From Monocercomonoides exilis PA203 (Eukaryota > Protista > Preaxostyla): a stretch of 64,000 bases of DNA. The position numbers and the translations under genes are program-made. Position 1 is the first letter of the stretch. Every line of letters starts with the position of its first letter. Shown here one piece after another: positions 61,001-64,000 of the stretch. The stretch is taken from positions 1,488,001 to 1,552,000 of the forward strand of contig LSRY02000012.1 in the NCBI GenBank assembly GCA_001643675.2, written 5' to 3'. The notes under the pieces are model-generated. The model did not search any database and was not told the origin of the DNA. It was given only the letters and a program-made list of their open reading frames with translations.

Positions 61001-62790
61001 AGGAAGAGGAAGACGAGGAAGAGAAGAGAGAAAGAGAAGAGAAAGAGAGAAGTTTGACATGGCATAGAGACGATGAAGAGATTGGGATGAGTGTGTTGGA
61101 AGAAGAGAAATGGGGAGAAGACGCAAATGACAATGAAAAAAAAGGGAAAACACACAAATCGTCGCTTGCTGAGCTGTATGAGAAGCGGAGGGAAAGAGAG
61201 AGGGAGGAGAGAGAGCGAAGAAAAAGAGAAGAGGCTGAAGAAGAAGCACTTTTGAGGAGACAAGAGAGGAAGAGGAAGAAAGAACTATTGCTGCAGAAGA
61301 TGATGAGGGAGCAGAGGAAGGGAAAAGCTGAAGATGATGACGAAGACTTCTACAGAGACAGCATACAAACATCTGTTGCGACAGAAAATGTTTCTATTGA
61401 GAATGGGCATGCAATGGAAGATGATGATGGAGAAGGCGGAAAGAAGAAGAAGAAGGGGATATGTGATGATGAAGACAGCAGCAGTGAAGAAGAATTGGAA
61501 GAAGAGGAAGAGGAAGAGGAAGATATTGATAATAATAGCGATGATGAAAAGAAGAAAAAGAAGAAGAAGAAAGACAAAAAGAAGAAGGATAAACAGAATG
61601 CAGCTGAAAAGAGATCAGCGTCTGTGCCAAAGGAGATTCCTCTACTGCCTTGTTCTCCTAATCATGTCTTCCACACAGCAACTTTCGGAAAAGAAGCAGA
61701 GAAAGAAGAGAAAGAAATGGATGAAATGTTCAAAGAGAAAGAAAGAAAGCAAAAGGAACACAGAAAAAGGAGATCGTCTTGCTCTTCTTCTGTGGCTATG
61801 CCTATGCAATCTTCTTCATCTTCTTCCTCATCATCATCCTCTTCCTCATCTTCTTCTTCTGCCCCACAGCCAATCGATTCCACATGGACTCCTCTTCCAC
61901 CCTCCACCCTCAATCCAGCATCCAATCCATTTGTGTCATATTTCAACTCTCTTCAACGCAATCAATACTTAACACCCTCATTTCACAACCTCACCACCAC
62001 CATCACAACTCCTGCTCCTTCATCTTCTTCTTTTCTTTGCTCAAACACACCTCTTTTGTCTTCTTCTCCCGCAGATCCTGTTCAATCTGTGTCTTCTCCT
62101 TCTCCTTTTTGTTCATCATCATCATCATCTTCTTCTTCTTCTTCCTCTTCCTCTTCCTCTTCCTCTTCCTCTTCCTCTTCCTCTTCCTCTTCCTCTCTCT
62201 TCCCCCTTCTCTCCCATCTACCCCCCTCCCTCTCCCTCTCTCTCCCAGCCACATCCTCTACCCGCGTCCTCTCCTCCATCATGGTGCGCAGCTGGTCCCA
62301 GGAGCTGCTGATGTGGATGCTTCGATTAGGCAGCAGAGAGCAGTCGATGCGGCTGGCTTCTCCAAAATTGCCTGTCTGGCAGGCGCTGCTGAGCGGGATG
62401 TGGGTCGGCTTTGAGGAAGACGAGGAGCTCCAGCTGAACTCGCTCACACACGCTGAGTTTCTGCTGAAGAAGCTGAGATTTGGGTATCTGTTTGGGAAGG
62501 GGAGGCAGAGGAAGGGAAGAACAAGTGCAAGTGCAAGTGCTAGTGCTAGTGCTAGTGCAAGTGTTAGTTCAAGTGTTAGTTCAAGTTTGAACAGCAGAGG
62601 AATTACCATTGAAAACACAGGGAAGTCGACGAGGCAGAGGGAGAAGAATGCAGAAGATGCGTATTTCCATTTCCTGGCTCAGTTTGAAGAGATGGGGTGT
62701 TATGACGACTTGACTGCTCTGTTGCATCATGGCGACATCACATTTGTGTTGAAGGTGAAGAGACTGCAGGATTTGATTGACCGCAAATGA
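55090..62790 (+). CDS. Large hypothetical protein (~2,450 aa): helical ARM/HEAT-like segments separated by low-complexity inserts
   Basis: Exons ~55210-55353, ~55429-56055 and 56249-62790 join in frame (ATG A|GTTTG...TTTCAG|GA AAC). The start codon is unresolved. Amphipathic helical blocks lie at the N-terminus, near 59760-59890 and at the C-terminus. Confidence 0.75.
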
Positions 62791-64000
62791 GAATGGAGAG
62801 TGTTAATGATGTTGTTAAGTTGAAGTTTTTATTTGAAATGATTTTGAAAAGAAGAATGTGTTATGAATTGTTTGAATTTTTTGTCTTTTTGTCTTTTTGT
62901 CTTTTTGTCTTTTTTTCTTTAAGAATTTCTGTATTTCTTTAGAAAACGAGTTTCACATATTCATTTTTTATCTTTTTTTATTCTTTATTTTAAAAATGAA
63001 ATTTTTCAATGTTTTATGGAGAGAAGAATATTTGCTTACATGCACATGCTCACTCACATTCACACTTACACAAAAAATTTGTCTTATTTCGATGTCTTTT
63101 GAAAGAACATTCCATTCTTTATTTTTGTATGTGTGTGTTTCATTCATACACACACATTGTTTTATACAGCTTTTTGAGCAGATGTACTTCCATATTTGTG
63201 ATGAAAATCTGGTTCTTGTTGTTGTAATTGTAAGATGAGTTTTCTTGCTGTCGTCTTTGCTTCGATGTTTCATGCCTTTTTTAACATTTTTAAATGTTCT
63301 GTTTAATTCTTGCCTTTTGTTGGATTTGTAAATTATCTTTTCATCGCCATAATTAAAAACGCTGAAAGCGAATGATGGATTGCTTTTTACTTAACAAGAG
63401 TTATATTGCATTATCAAATGCAAGCGATATGTTTCCATAAACGTCTTATATTTTTCTAACAAAAAATATCTTTGATTTCTCATCGCGTTGCAAAAAGAAA
63501 ATGAAATCAAGTTTTAATACTCCACTCTTTTCAACACTCTTTTGAAAGGTGAAAAAGGAAAAATTTGCACAAATTGAGTACAACATATTCAGGAAATATC
63601 ATTTTTTCAATTTTTTTGAAATGAATAATTATTGAAGTGAATACCCTTAACAAAATTATAAACATCAACAATTTTTAAATTATCATTTATTCAATTAGTA
63701 GAAGCTGTATGATTTTTTTATTAAAATTACATATTCAAAACTTTTTATTGCGCATGCATTTTAATAAAACTTAACATAGCAAGATTAGAAAGTGAGAGAG
63801 AAGACACTTTTTCAATTTAGATATTTCCTGACGATTTAGAAAGGAGCTTTTTATTTTAAAAAGAAACATGAATGAGAGCAGTATGAATCATCTTTCTGAT
63901 TTATATATTGAAACATTTTTCTTTTGACAAAAGACAATGAAATTGTTCCTTCTAAATCAATATCAATACACATTCCCAGATCACCAAAAAAGATAACAAC

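Overview
Gene-dense, AT-rich eukaryotic DNA with many short GT-AG introns and huge Ser/Glu/Gln low-complexity proteins. It uses the standard genetic code (TAA, TAG and TGA all end conserved genes). The style and gene content suggest an oxymonad such as Monocercomonoides; this is inference, not a database result. Recognisable genes: a ~5,000-aa SCAI homologue whose conserved blocks are spread over 15 kb, a type II thioesterase, TRAP-beta (SSR2), an SsnA-like amidohydrolase, ATG12, a TTLL3/8-type tubulin glycylase, a C11orf65/MFI homologue and a large beta-helix receptor with a pseudokinase tail. Non-coding features: U3 snoRNA, a decayed pogo-type DDE transposase and a ~400-bp foldback MITE. A near-identical 1.3-kb cassette occurs twice in inverted orientation around a 14-kb block. 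It holds a small two-TM gene with a candidate 21-nt microexon and a convergent box C/D snoRNA candidate, whose two copies differ exactly at the +5 guide position.
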